The position numbers and the translations under genes are program-made. A stretch of DNA of 64,000 nt from assembly GCA_963667465.2 (NCBI GenBank), contig CAXXDN010000002.1:1376001-1440000 (forward strand), written 5' to 3'. Under the pieces are notes generated by a model. It saw only the letters and a program-made list of their open reading frames with translations, had not been told where the DNA came from and did no database searches. Positions 1 through 11,182 of this stretch are shown here, one piece after another. Within the stretch, counting starts at the first letter, position 1; every line of letters begins with the position of its first letter. Source of the DNA: Dehalococcoidia bacterium (GTDB lineage: Bacteria > Chloroflexota > Dehalococcoidia > UBA2979).

Positions 1-42
1 CTCGCTGTGCTCACACACTCAGCCTACGACGCGACGGCGGAA

Positions 43-60
43 GCGTCCGCAGGCGGACGC
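43..60. terminator. GC-rich hairpin downstream of rpmE, possible terminator
   Basis: Perfect inverted repeat gcgtccgc-ag-gcggacgc; only a weak U-tract. Confidence 0.35.
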
Positions 61-71
61 GACGAGGGAGT

Positions 72-111
72 GCCAGGGTCTTGCAGGGAAGGCCAGGGTC
101 TTGCAGGGAAG
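72..111. repeat. exact 20-bp tandem duplication
   Basis: gccagggtcttgcagggaag occurs twice in a row. Confidence 0.95.
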
Positions 112-127
112 GGAAGTGCGCCGCGCG

Positions 128-382
128 CTATTCGCTCTCTTGCAGGCGGGCGTAGCGGCGGCGGAAGCGCTCGACCTGGCCGGCGGTGTCGACGATGCGC
201 TGCTCGCCCGTGAAGAACGGGTGCGAGCTGGCGCTGATGTCGACGCGCACGATGTACGCCTCGACGCCGTTGACCTCGCGGCGCTCCTCGGAGGTCATCG
301 TGGAGCGCGTCAGGTACTCCTCGCCGGTGGAGATGTCGACGAAGCAGACGTAGTCGTAGTCGGGGTGGATGCTGTCCTTCAT
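128..382 (-). CDS. rpmE: 50S ribosomal protein L31, type B (Zn-independent)
   Basis: MKDSIHPDY...DISASSHPFFTGEQRIVDTAGQVERFRRRY, 84 aa, no CxxC motifs; start trimmed to ATG 382. Confidence 0.95.
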   Translation of the reverse strand: MKDSIHPDYDYVCFVDISTGEEYLTRSTMTSEERREVNGVEAYIVRVDISASSHPFFTGEQRIVDTAGQVERFRRRYARLQESE

Positions 383-389
383 CCGGGCG

Positions 390-659
390 CTACCCTCCGG
401 CCGCCACGGGCTGGATCGAGACCTGCTTGCGCCGCCCCTTGGCGTAGGGGCTGAACTTGACCTTGCCGTCCACCTTCGCCCAGAGCGTGTGATCGCGGCC
501 AATCCCGACGTGCGGGCCGGCGTGGATGCGCGTCCCGCGCTGGCGCACGAGGATCGAACCCGCGGTCACGAACTGGCCGTCGAAGCGCTTCACGCCCAAC
601 CGCTGTGCGTTGGAGTCGCGGCCGTTACGGCTGGATCCCCCGGACTTCTTGTGAGCCAT
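390..659 (-). CDS. rpmA: 50S ribosomal protein L27
   Basis: [24 protein letters not shown] signature. Confidence 0.98.
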   Translation of the reverse strand: MAHKKSGGSSRNGRDSNAQRLGVKRFDGQFVTAGSILVRQRGTRIHAGPHVGIGRDHTLWAKVDGKVKFSPYAKGRRKQVSIQPVAAGG

Positions 660-679
660 CGCCTCGACCCCGCTTCCCG

Positions 680-997
680 CTACGCCCCGGCGCTGATGCC
701 GGTGATCGTGATGCGCGTGCGCTGCTGGCGATGCCCGCGCAGCACGCGACGGCGTGTCTTGTTCTTGTACTTGAAGACCAGCACCTTCTTGTCGCGCGTG
801 TGCTCGTCGATGCGCGCAGCCACCGAGGCGCCCTCGACGGTCGGGTCGCCAACCGTCACGTCGTCACCGTCGGAGACGAGCAGCACGTCGAACTCGACCT
901 CGGCGCCCTCGGGCACCTCGAGCCGCTCGACGGCGAGCTGGTCGCCTTCGCTCACGCGGTACTGCTTCCCGCCGGTGCGGATGATTGCGTAGGAGAT
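680..997 (-). CDS. rplU: 50S ribosomal protein L21, probable ATC start
   Basis: The frame continues upstream of the listed GTG through [14 protein letters not shown] and ends ...[12 protein letters not shown]. There is no in-frame ATG/GTG/TTG before the upstream TAG. GGAG lies 9 nt before ATC at 997. Confidence 0.93.
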   Translation of the reverse strand: MSYAIIRTGGKQYRVSEGDQLAVERLEVPEGAEVEFDVLLVSDGDDVTVGDPTVEGASVAARIDEHTRDKKVLVFKYKNKTRRRVLRGHRQQRTRITITGISAGA

Positions 998-1138
998 GGC
1001 GTCGTACTCCGCTGGTCGATGCTCGTGGTGCGCCGCTGGCGTGTAGTGATCGCAGGGGCGACCGTTACGATCCTAGGCAGGCCGGGCGCGGAGCGTCAAT
1101 GAAGGCGCGCCGCCGGATGCCTCAAGCGGAGGTTCGCG

Positions 1139-1867
1139 GTGGAGTTTGTCGACGTCATCACCGCGCCGTACGACGCCCTCAACTGGGTCGCGGACCAGAT
1201 GTTCCTGATTGCGAACGACCTGTTCGACCGCTTCGGCGCGCCGGTCGTTTTCGCCTCGGCGCTGATCGAGGCGACGGTCGGTCTGGGCCTAATCTACCCC
1301 GGCGTGATCATGATGTTCCTCGGAGGCGCCTTCGCCGATGACCAGGGAACGCCGATCGGCATGATCTTCGCGCTCGCGTTCTTCGGCACGATCCTCGGAG
1401 ACACGCTGTCCTACGCGCTCGGGCGCTGGGGCGGAAGCCGGCTCGAGCGCACCCGCTTCGGCCCTCACTTGCGGATCGGGAAGATGATCGTCGGCGGCAA
1501 GACGCTGTGGCTGATCCCCTTCTATCACCTCAACAGCTGGACGCGGACGCTGGGGCCGTTCGGGGCGGGCGCGATTCGCATGCCCCTGCGCCTCTGGATG
1601 CCGCTCGACTTCCTCGGCGCGGTCATCGCCAACTCGGCCTGGGTCGGCGCCGGCTGGATTCTCGGGCAGGCCGTGCTCACGCCCGAGGGCAAGCTCGATG
1701 AGCACCCCGCGCTGCGCATCGGCCTCGGCCTCGGCGCCGCGATCTGGTTCGTCCTCGCCCAGCGCGAGTTCCTCAAGAGCTACCGCAAGGCGATGCGCGA
1801 AGAGCAGCAGTCGAAGGAGGCCGCCGAGACCACGCTGGCCGCCGCGGAGCCGTCCTCGGAAGCGTGA
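1139..1867 (+). CDS. DedA/VTT family membrane protein
   Basis: E...G...PG and GDTLSYALGRWGG motifs, PFGAGAIRMP, hydrophobic helices, GGAGG RBS. Confidence 0.85.
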   Translation: MEFVDVITAPYDALNWVADQMFLIANDLFDRFGAPVVFASALIEATVGLGLIYPGVIMMFLGGAFADDQGTPIGMIFALAFFGTILGDTLSYALGRWGGSRLERTRFGPHLRIGKMIVGGKTLWLIPFYHLNSWTRTLGPFGAGAIRMPLRLWMPLDFLGAVIANSAWVGAGWILGQAVLTPEGKLDEHPALRIGLGLGAAIWFVLAQREFLKSYRKAMREEQQSKEAAETTLAAAEPSSEA

Positions 1868-1977
1868 CGGCGCGCGGGCGCCTCGCCGGGCCTCGAGGTC
1901 GCGCGCCTCGAGGACAAGATCGCTCTCGCGCTGCGTGCGGGCGACAGCAGGTCCGGAGTGCTCCGGGCGGGCGGCGG

Positions 1978-3948
<1,971 letters not shown>

Positions 3949-4258
3949 CGGTCCGGGACGCTCCTCGCGCTCAGGCTGGGCCGCCCGGAGGGGCTCGCAG
4001 GACTCGCCCGCGTGAGCGCCTGATCCAGTGTATCACCGGGCCCGCTTCGCGCCCGGCGCTGCACCCGGTACGCCTCGGCGCCAGCCGTGCACGAAACGCA
4101 CGGAACCTCACGACCCGCCGCCGCTGATGCAGCCCGAGCGCTTCCTCTTGCCGCCATCCCGGCGCACTCCGCCGGCGCGGTTCACAACCATCTGTAATGC
4201 CGCTCCCGGAATGCCGCCCTGCCGCCGGCAGCCAGCGGACGGCTTTCGGGAGGGTGCA

Positions 4259-5129
4259 ATGAGCGAGCAAGCGACGGCAGAACGATACGCCGACCTCGGA
4301 CTCTCGGTCGGGACACCCGACACCAAGTCGGTGGGGCCGATCGCGTTCGGGCCGGACGGCATCCTCTTCGTGGCGGACAACGCGAGCACCCCGATCGTGG
4401 AGTTCTCGCTCGGCTTCGGGCCCGCCGGTCCCGCGCCCGCCTCCCAGGCGTTCGCAACCTCGACGCGCGCCTGCCTCGCGCCTCGGCTGCGCGAGCGAGG
4501 ACGTCTCGATCCGCGACATGGCCGTCTGCCCGTTGACGAAAGAGGTCTACCTGTCCGTGATGCGCGGCAACGGGTCAGGCGCCATCCCGGTGATCGCCCG
4601 CGTCGAGGCTGACGGCCAGGTGGTCGACGTCCCCCTCGAAGGCGTCCCGTTTGCCTGCACGACCATCGAGGACGCTCCAGACACCGGCGACGAGCGGACC
4701 GGCGTCCAGGTGCTGCCTGACGACAGCGCGGACGGCGAACAGATCGAGACGGGACCGGGCGTGACCCTGCGCATCGCGCGTGGGGGGCTGCGCACCGTGA
4801 CCGTCACGGACCTGGACTAGGTGGACGGCACGCTGCTCGTCGCGGGCGCGTCGAACGAGGAGTTCTCCTCGACGCTGCTCCAGCACTCCCTCGAGGTCAG
4901 CGACGACGCCGGCCACCCGGTCCGAGGGCGTCCCGGCAGCGGGCCCGACGAGCGCTCGTGGACCTTCACCCCCGCCGCGCCGTGGGCGGCCGGCAAGTAC
5001 CGCCTCGCGATCGACCCGCGGATCGAGGACCTCGCCGGCAACTCGCTCGCCCGCGTCTTCGACCGCGACCGCGAGCGCGACGAGGCGCCCCCGGATCCCG
5101 CGGGCACGTCGATCTCCTTCGTGCTGTAG
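4259..5129 (+). pseudogene. decayed chimeric gene: propeller-like N-part with frameshifts and an in-frame TAG, joined to the Ig-like C-terminus of another gene
   Basis: RBS plus ATG 4259. Protein-like text changes frame near 4449 and 4473. TAG at 4818-4820 splits ...VTDLD*VDGTLLVAG. The sequence switches abruptly after FSSTL to ...WTFTP..W...IEDLAGN. Confidence 0.65.
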
Positions 5130-5303
5130 ACGCGGTGTCGCATATTTGGTACCGTCCGGAGGTCGAGTCCTCCCCCGCGCCGGCGAAGTCGTCGAACGCG
5201 CTCGATGCGACTCTGCGACAGCAGCCAAGCGCCCACTGCTCGGAAGTCTGTCGGAGCCGCGACGAATCGCAGGTGAAGCGCGATAGGAGAGGAATCTCGA
5301 ACT

Positions 5304-5678
5304 GTGAAACACCAGGTCTCGTTCTACGAGACCGAGGGTGGGAAGCAGCCGGTACGCGTCTATCTGGATCGAGTGGGCCGATCGGGACGGGCGCAGGAAC
5401 TGGCAGGCATCTTGCGGCATATCGATCTCCTAGTCGCATTCGGTGCTGACCTTTCCGCGCTCGGCAAGTCCGCTCGGAAGGTAGTCGGCACTCGGGGTCT
5501 CCTGGAACTAAGGGCAGGTGCCCACCGGATCGCATATGGCCACCACGCAGGCGAGTTCGTTCTCTTTCACGCGTGGAGGAAGCGGGGTTCGAAGCCATCA
5601 CGCTTGGATATCGAGCGTGCTCAGAGGGCCTCCGCCGACTGGTGCGCACGACACCCCACGGGTGGCGACGCCCAGTAG
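5304..5678 (+). CDS. higB: type II TA toxin, RelE/HigB family
   Basis: VSFYETEGGKQPV..., GLLELR, HRIAY, FVLFHAWRK pattern; lies upstream of an XRE antitoxin. Confidence 0.85.
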   Translation: MKHQVSFYETEGGKQPVRVYLDRVGRSGRAQELAGILRHIDLLVAFGADLSALGKSARKVVGTRGLLELRAGAHRIAYGHHAGEFVLFHAWRKRGSKPSRLDIERAQRASADWCARHPTGGDAQ

Positions 5679-5684
5679 CAGGGA

Positions 5685-5993
5685 GTGGGGGATGTGAGCG
5701 CGGAAGACAGAACCTACGAGGCATTCCTCGAGCGTCTTCTTCGCACCGACGAGCGTGTTCGGGAGGAATACGAGAGACTCGAAGCTAGATTCGCTGTCGT
5801 CCGGGAGTTGCTGGATGCGCGGCGCCGCTCAGGGCTTACGCAGGCCGAATTGGCGATCGCGATGGGGACGAGCCGGTCAGTCGTGAGCCGCCTCGAGTCG
5901 GGTCGGCATTCACCGTCTGTCGACACTCTTGCGGCTGCGGCGAAGGCTCTTGGTTGCCGTCTCGAGATCCGCCTTCGGAGCTTGGATCCATGA
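5685..5993 (+). CDS. higA: XRE-family HTH antitoxin (HigA-like)
   Basis: GLTQAELAIAMGTSRSVVSRLESG HTH; directly follows the toxin. Confidence 0.85.
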   Translation: MGDVSAEDRTYEAFLERLLRTDERVREEYERLEARFAVVRELLDARRRSGLTQAELAIAMGTSRSVVSRLESGRHSPSVDTLAAAAKALGCRLEIRLRSLDP

Positions 5994-6236
5994 TCCCTGC
6001 CCAGCGCTAGCCACCACCGCTGCTGGCGCTTCCTCGAAGCCCGTTCCGGCGCCACACTCCCCGGCCTTCCGCGGCCGGTGACTTCGGATGGCGGATCCCC
6101 GCTGGAGACGAAGTGCACTACGCGTGGGCGATAGCAGGAGCCTGGTCGCAGCAGTGGTCGGAGCTGGCCACGAGGGCAAGGACCCGCTGTTCTACATGCG
6201 GGACATCCCGCAGATCGCCTACCTCGCGCTGCTGAG

Positions 6237-7391
6237 CTAGCCGCGCTGGCGGCGCAGCACGCGGTAGATGTTGTTGCGCTGCACCTCGCTGGCGCCCTCG
6301 TAGATGCGGGCGACGCGGATGTCGCGGTAGAGGCGCTCGATCGGGGAGCCGCGCAGGTAGCCGACGCCGCCGTGCAGCTGGAGCGAACGGTCGACCACCC
6401 GCTGCGCCGCCTCGCTGGCGTAGACCTTGCAGATCGAGGCTTCCGCGGCCACGTCCTCGCCGGCGTCGAGCTGCAGCGCCGTGCGGTAGATCAGCGACTC
6501 CGCGGCCATCACCTCGATCGCCATGTCCGCGAAGGCGTGCTGCGTCACCTGGAAATCGCCGACCGTCTGCCCGAACAGCTCGCGCTCGTGCGCGTAGCGC
6601 CAGCCAAGCTCCAGCGCCTCCTTCGCCACGCCGAGGCACATCGCCCCAATGCCGACGCGCGATCCGTTGAGCACCGAGAGCGCGAGCCGGAAGCCCCCAT
6701 CCACCTCGCCGATGAGGCTCGCGCGCGACGTGCGCACGCCGTCGAGGATCACGTGCGCAGTCGATGAGGCGCGCAGCCCCATCTTGTCCTCGAGGCGCGC
6801 GACCTCGAGGCCCGGCGAGCCGCCCTCGACTGCGAACAGCGAGATGCCCTCGCGCCCGCGCTCCGGCGCGGTCTTCGCAAAGACGAGGTAGACGCCGGCG
6901 CGGTCGCCGTTGGTGACGTAGGCCTTCTCGCCATCGAGGACGTAGTCGTCGCCGTCGGCGCGCGCGGTCGTGCGCAGCGCCGGCACGTCGCTGCCGCCGC
7001 CGGGCTCGGTCAGGCAGAACGAGCCGACGACCTCGCCGCTGACGAGTCCGTGCAGCCAGCGATCGCGCTGCCCGTCGCTACCGAAGCGCTCGATCAGCGG
7101 GGCCGCGAGGCCGGTCGAGGCGGCGAGCACGAGCGCCGTCGAGACGTGGGCGCGCGACAGCTCCTCGAGGGCGATCGCGAAGCCGATCTGGCCGAGCTCG
7201 GCGCCGCCCCACTCGGCGGGGAAGGGCGTGCCGAAGAAGCCAACCTCGCCCAGCAGCGCGATCACCTCGTCCGCGATGCGCTCCTCCGCCTCCATCTCTT
7301 CGACGCGCGGGCGCAGCTCGCGGTCGGCGAAGTCGCGCGCGGTGCGGCGCAGGGCGGCGATCTCGGGCGGCAGTCCGGCGTCGGCGTCCAT
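6237..7391 (-). CDS. acyl-CoA dehydrogenase
   Basis: FCLTEPGGGSD, GEKAYVTNG, QLHGGVGY, RIYEGASEVQ; start at MDADAG. Confidence 0.95.
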   Translation of the reverse strand: MDADAGLPPEIAALRRTARDFADRELRPRVEEMEAEERIADEVIALLGEVGFFGTPFPAEWGGAELGQIGFAIALEELSRAHVSTALVLAASTGLAAPLIERFGSDGQRDRWLHGLVSGEVVGSFCLTEPGGGSDVPALRTTARADGDDYVLDGEKAYVTNGDRAGVYLVFAKTAPERGREGISLFAVEGGSPGLEVARLEDKMGLRASSTAHVILDGVRTSRASLIGEVDGGFRLALSVLNGSRVGIGAMCLGVAKEALELGWRYAHERELFGQTVGDFQVTQHAFADMAIEVMAAESLIYRTALQLDAGEDVAAEASICKVYASEAAQRVVDRSLQLHGGVGYLRGSPIERLYRDIRVARIYEGASEVQRNNIYRVLRRQRG

Positions 7392-7412
7392 CGAGGTTCC
7401 TCGCTGCCTTCG

Positions 7413-7442
7413 GCGGCTCGGTGCGGCTCGGTGCGGCTCGGC
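7413..7442. repeat. 10-bp tandem repeat, three copies
   Basis: gcggctcggt twice plus gcggctcggc, intergenic. Confidence 0.85.
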
Positions 7443-7447
7443 GGGCC

Positions 7448-8224
7448 TCAGCGCGCGCGGCCGCCGCCATCGATGTTGTAGATCGCGCCGTTGATGTAGG
7501 AGGAGTCGTCGCTGAGCAGGAAGGTGACGAGCGCGGCGACCTCCTCCGCCTCGCCGTAGCGGGCCATCGGGTTGCGCTGTTCGTACTGGCGGCGGGTGGT
7601 GTCCGGGCTGTCGGGCGTGCGGCTCGCCTCCAGACGGCGCATCATCTGCGTGTTGATCGGCGAGGGGCAGACGGCGTTGACGCGCACGCCCGCGTCGCCG
7701 AACTCGAGCGACGCGGTCTTCGTCATCCCCACCACGGCGTGCTTGCTCGCACCGTAGGCAACAATGCCCGGCGTCGCGCCCAAACCCGCCACCGAGGAGG
7801 TATTGACGATCGAGCCGCCGCCACGGTCGATCATCCCCGGCACGACGTACTTCATGCCCAGCCACACGCCCTTGAGGTTGATCGCGATCACGCGGTCGAA
7901 CAGCTCCTCCGGGTACTCCGTGAGCGGATGCACCGTGCCCTCGATCCCCGCGTTGTTGAAGAACACGTCGATGCCGCCGAAGTGCTCCGTCGCGCGCTCG
8001 ACGTAGCGCTCGACCTCGTCGGCGTGCCGCACGTCGGCCTCGAGAGTCAGTACCTCGGCGCCGGCCTCGCGCACCGGCGCCGCCGCGGCGACGAGGCTCA
8101 CTGCGTCGAGGTCGACAAGCACGATGCGCGCGCCCTCGCGGGCGAGTCGCAGCGCGGTCGCGCGTCCGATTCCACCCGCGCCGCCGGTGATCAGCGCCGT
8201 CTTGTCCTCGAATCGCCCGTCCAT
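7448..8224 (-). CDS. short-chain dehydrogenase/reductase
   Basis: TGGAGGIG, NNAGIEG, YGASKH; start MDGRFEDK with GGAGG RBS. Confidence 0.95.
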   Translation of the reverse strand: MDGRFEDKTALITGGAGGIGRATALRLAREGARIVLVDLDAVSLVAAAAPVREAGAEVLTLEADVRHADEVERYVERATEHFGGIDVFFNNAGIEGTVHPLTEYPEELFDRVIAINLKGVWLGMKYVVPGMIDRGGGSIVNTSSVAGLGATPGIVAYGASKHAVVGMTKTASLEFGDAGVRVNAVCPSPINTQMMRRLEASRTPDSPDTTRRQYEQRNPMARYGEAEEVAALVTFLLSDDSSYINGAIYNIDGGGRAR

Positions 8225-8271
8225 CGCGTCCTCCGCTTCCTGAGGTCTCTCGTTGCCTGGCCTGGTGCAGC

Positions 8272-9942
8272 CTAAACGAAGGTCGGCTGTTCGTACTCGC
8301 CGAGGGCGTCCCGCATCGTGTTCGTGATCTCGCCGAGCGTGCAGTAGGCGTTCGCCGCATCGATCAGCAGCGGCATCACGTTCTCCCGCGGATCGCGGCA
8401 CGCCTCGGCGAGTTGCGCGAGCGCGTGGCGCGCGGCCGCCGCGTCGCGGGTGGCGCGCACACGCTCGAGCCGCTCGAGGTGGCGCGCCTCGCCCTCCGGG
8501 TCGAACTCGAGGATCGGGATCTCGATCGGTTCGTCCACCTCGTGGTCGGTGACGCCGACGATCGCGCGCTCGCCCTCGGCAAGCTCGCGCTCGAAGCGGT
8601 AGGCCGCCTCGGCGATCTCGCGCTGCGGGAAGCCGCTCTCGAGGGCCGGGATCATGCCGCCGAGGTCCTCGATGCGGGCGAAGTACTCGTAGGCCTCGCG
8701 CTCGATGTCGCTGGTCAGCGACTCGACCATGTAGGAGCCGCCGAGGGGATCGACGCTGTTGGCGGCGCCGGTCTCGTGGAGCAGCACCTGCTGGGTGCGC
8801 ACGGCCAGCCGCGCGGCCTTCTCGCTGGGCAGCGCCAGCGCCTCGTCCATCGCGTTGGTGTGCAGCGACTGCGTGCCGCCGAGGACGGCGGAGAGCGCCT
8901 GCAGGGCGACGCGCACGAGGTTCACCTCGGGCTGCACGTCGGTCAGCGAGACTCCCGCCGTCTGCGCGTGGAAGCGCATCCACCACGAGCGTGGGTTGGT
9001 CGCGCCGAAGCTGTCGCGCAGCTCCTTCGCCCAGATCCGGCGGGCGGCGCGGTACTTCGCGATCTCCTCGAAGAAGTCGCTGTGCGCGTTGAAGAAAAAC
9101 GAGAGCCGCGGTGCGAACTCGTCGATCGCGAGCCCGCGCTCGAGCGCCCAGCGGACGTACTCGAAGCCGCTGGCGAGGGTGAACGCCAACTCCTGTGCGG
9201 CGGTGCTACCGGCCTCGCGGATGTGGTAGCCGCTGATGCTGATGCTGTTCCAGAGCGGCAGCTCGCGGGTCGCGAACTCGATGGTGTCGGTGACGAGCCG
9301 CATGCTCTCGCGCGGCGGGAAGATGAACTCGTTCTGGGCGATGTACTCCTTGAGGATGTCGTTCTGCAGCGTGCCGCCGAGCTTCGCGCGCGGGATGCCT
9401 CGCCGCTCCGCGGCGGCGATGAACATCGCCCAGATCGCCGCCGCCGGGCCGTTGATCGTCATCGAGACTGTGACCTCGTCGAGCGGCACCCGATCGAGCA
9501 GGATCTCCATGTCGGCCAGCGAGGAAACCCCGACTCCGCACTTGCCGAACTCGCCCGCGGCGATCGCCTCGTCCGGGTCGTAGCCCATCAGCGTCGGCAG
9601 GTCGAAGGCCATGCTCAGGCCGGTCTCGCCGTGGGCGAGCAGGTCGAGGAAGCGCGCGTTGGTCTCCTCGGCGGTGCCGAAGCCGGCGAACTGGCGAATC
9701 GTCCACGGCCTGCCGCGGTAGCCGGTCGGGTGGATGCCGCGCGTGTAGGGCGGCTCGCCCGGCAGTCCGAGGTCGCGCGCCGCCTCGATGCCGCGCGCCG
9801 CGAGATCGGTCTCGTCGTAGACCCGCTGGATCGGACGGGAGGAGACCGTCTGGAACGGCCCCGGCAACTCGCGGCCCTCGGCAGCGACACGCTCCTCCCA
9901 GGCGCGCCGCCGCGCTGCGGCGTCCGCGTCCGGGCCAGCCAC
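8272..9942 (-). CDS. icmA: B12-dependent acyl-CoA mutase large subunit, isobutyryl-CoA mutase-like
   Basis: [19 protein letters not shown] (Phe), [11 protein letters not shown] (Gln), SGYHIREAG; no B12-binding domain. Confidence 0.85.
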   Translation of the reverse strand: MAGPDADAAARRRAWEERVAAEGRELPGPFQTVSSRPIQRVYDETDLAARGIEAARDLGLPGEPPYTRGIHPTGYRGRPWTIRQFAGFGTAEETNARFLDLLAHGETGLSMAFDLPTLMGYDPDEAIAAGEFGKCGVGVSSLADMEILLDRVPLDEVTVSMTINGPAAAIWAMFIAAAERRGIPRAKLGGTLQNDILKEYIAQNEFIFPPRESMRLVTDTIEFATRELPLWNSISISGYHIREAGSTAAQELAFTLASGFEYVRWALERGLAIDEFAPRLSFFFNAHSDFFEEIAKYRAARRIWAKELRDSFGATNPRSWWMRFHAQTAGVSLTDVQPEVNLVRVALQALSAVLGGTQSLHTNAMDEALALPSEKAARLAVRTQQVLLHETGAANSVDPLGGSYMVESLTSDIEREAYEYFARIEDLGGMIPALESGFPQREIAEAAYRFERELAEGERAIVGVTDHEVDEPIEIPILEFDPEGEARHLERLERVRATRDAAAARHALAQLAEACRDPRENVMPLLIDAANAYCTLGEITNTMRDALGEYEQPTFV

Positions 9943-9957
9943 GCGTCCGCCTCGCCC

Positions 9958-11139
9958 TCAGGCTGCCGGCACGCGCGCGAGGCGCGCATCGACGCTGCGC
10001 AGCGCCGCCTCGGCGGTCGAGCTGCCCTCGCGCTCCGCGCGGTGCAGCAGCTCCAGCGTCGTCGGGCCGACGCGAGTGAGGAGCTCCTCGATGCGATCGG
10101 CGCCGCCGGCGGCGTGGTCGATACCGGCGGCGACCACGCCGCCCGAGCTCACGATGTAGTCGGGCACGTAGAGGATGCCGCGCGCGGCGAGCAACTCGGC
10201 GTCGGCGGGGTCGTGCAGCAGCTGGTTGTTCGCCGCGCCGCAGACGACGCGGCAGCGCAGCTGGGTGATCGACTGCGGGTTGAGCACCCCGCCCAGGGCG
10301 TTCGGCGAGAGCACATCGCAGGGCTGCAGGTAGGCGCCCTCGAGGGCGATCGCCTCGCCGCCGATCTCGCGTGCGAGGTCCACAGCGAGGTCCTCGAACA
10401 GGTCCGCGACGGCCACGGCGGCGCCCGCGGCGGCCGCCCGGCGCGCCACCTTGCCGCCGACCTTGCCCGTGCCCACGACGACGACCCGCCGCCCAACCAG
10501 CAAGCTGTTGCCGAAGGCGAACTCGCAGGCCGCGTGCATCCCGTTGATCACGGTGCGCGCCGTCGGTTCCGAGGTGTCCACGTCGTGCCGGCCGCCCCGC
10601 GCGACGCCGGCGAGGTGCTGCGTCTGTTTCGCGATCGCCCGCAGGTCGTCGAGCGTCGTGCCGACGTCGGTGGTGGTTATGTAACGCCCTCCGAGGCGCT
10701 CGACGAAGCGCCCGTAGGCCGCGAGCAGCTCGGGCGTCTTAGCGGCCGGGTCGCCGACGATCGCAGCCTTCCCGCCGCCGTAGTCGAGGCCTGCGACCGC
10801 CGACTTCGCCGTCATCGCCGCCGAGAGCCGGAGCACGTCGATCAGCGCCTCGCTGATCTGCTCGTAGGGCCGCCAGCGCGCGCCGCCGAAGCCCGGACCG
10901 AGCACCGACGAGTGCAGCGCGACAAGCGCACGCAGGCCGGACGCGGCGTCGTGGTGGTAGTAGACGGCCTCGTGGCTGTCGGGGTCGTAGGGGAGCCCGG
11001 TGCGAGCGCCGTCGCCGCCTGGCGCGCGCGTGGCGGTCCAGCGCAGCAGATCCGCGTCCAGTTCCCCGGCAGGTCCGAGCAGCCCTTCGAGGGCGGCGCG
11101 ATCTTCCTGGAATCCGGGCCTGGATGATGCGCTGCTCAT
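9958..11139 (-). CDS. Glu/Leu/Phe/Val dehydrogenase (leucine/valine DH-like)
   Basis: MTAKSA, GGGKA, GTGKVG, GAANNQL, YVPDY. Confidence 0.92.
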   Translation of the reverse strand: MSSASSRPGFQEDRAALEGLLGPAGELDADLLRWTATRAPGGDGARTGLPYDPDSHEAVYYHHDAASGLRALVALHSSVLGPGFGGARWRPYEQISEALIDVLRLSAAMTAKSAVAGLDYGGGKAAIVGDPAAKTPELLAAYGRFVERLGGRYITTTDVGTTLDDLRAIAKQTQHLAGVARGGRHDVDTSEPTARTVINGMHAACEFAFGNSLLVGRRVVVVGTGKVGGKVARRAAAAGAAVAVADLFEDLAVDLAREIGGEAIALEGAYLQPCDVLSPNALGGVLNPQSITQLRCRVVCGAANNQLLHDPADAELLAARGILYVPDYIVSSGGVVAAGIDHAAGGADRIEELLTRVGPTTLELLHRAEREGSSTAEAALRSVDARLARVPAA

Positions 11140-11182
11140 GGATCAAGAATAGCCCTGCGCGGCGTTGCGGGGCGTCGGATTC

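Noticed and set aside
4818-4820. In-frame TAG considered as pyrrolysine or read-through
   Set aside because: The same gene has frameshifts and a deletion junction, and no pyl genes are seen. A nonsense mutation is more likely.
6124-6240. Short plus-strand ORF ending DPLFYMRDIPQIAYLALLS, possibly a truncated gene tail
   Set aside because: It reads as protein-like but has no clear start or recognisable family. It cannot be supported without a search.
8413-11127. 904-aa plus-strand ORF and many similar long ORFs (e.g. 12040-13842, 29065-30435, 40634-43012, 47505-49316)
   Set aside because: They are antisense or alternate-frame shadows of well-supported genes. They are Arg/Ala/Gly-rich with no motifs, as expected at this GC content.
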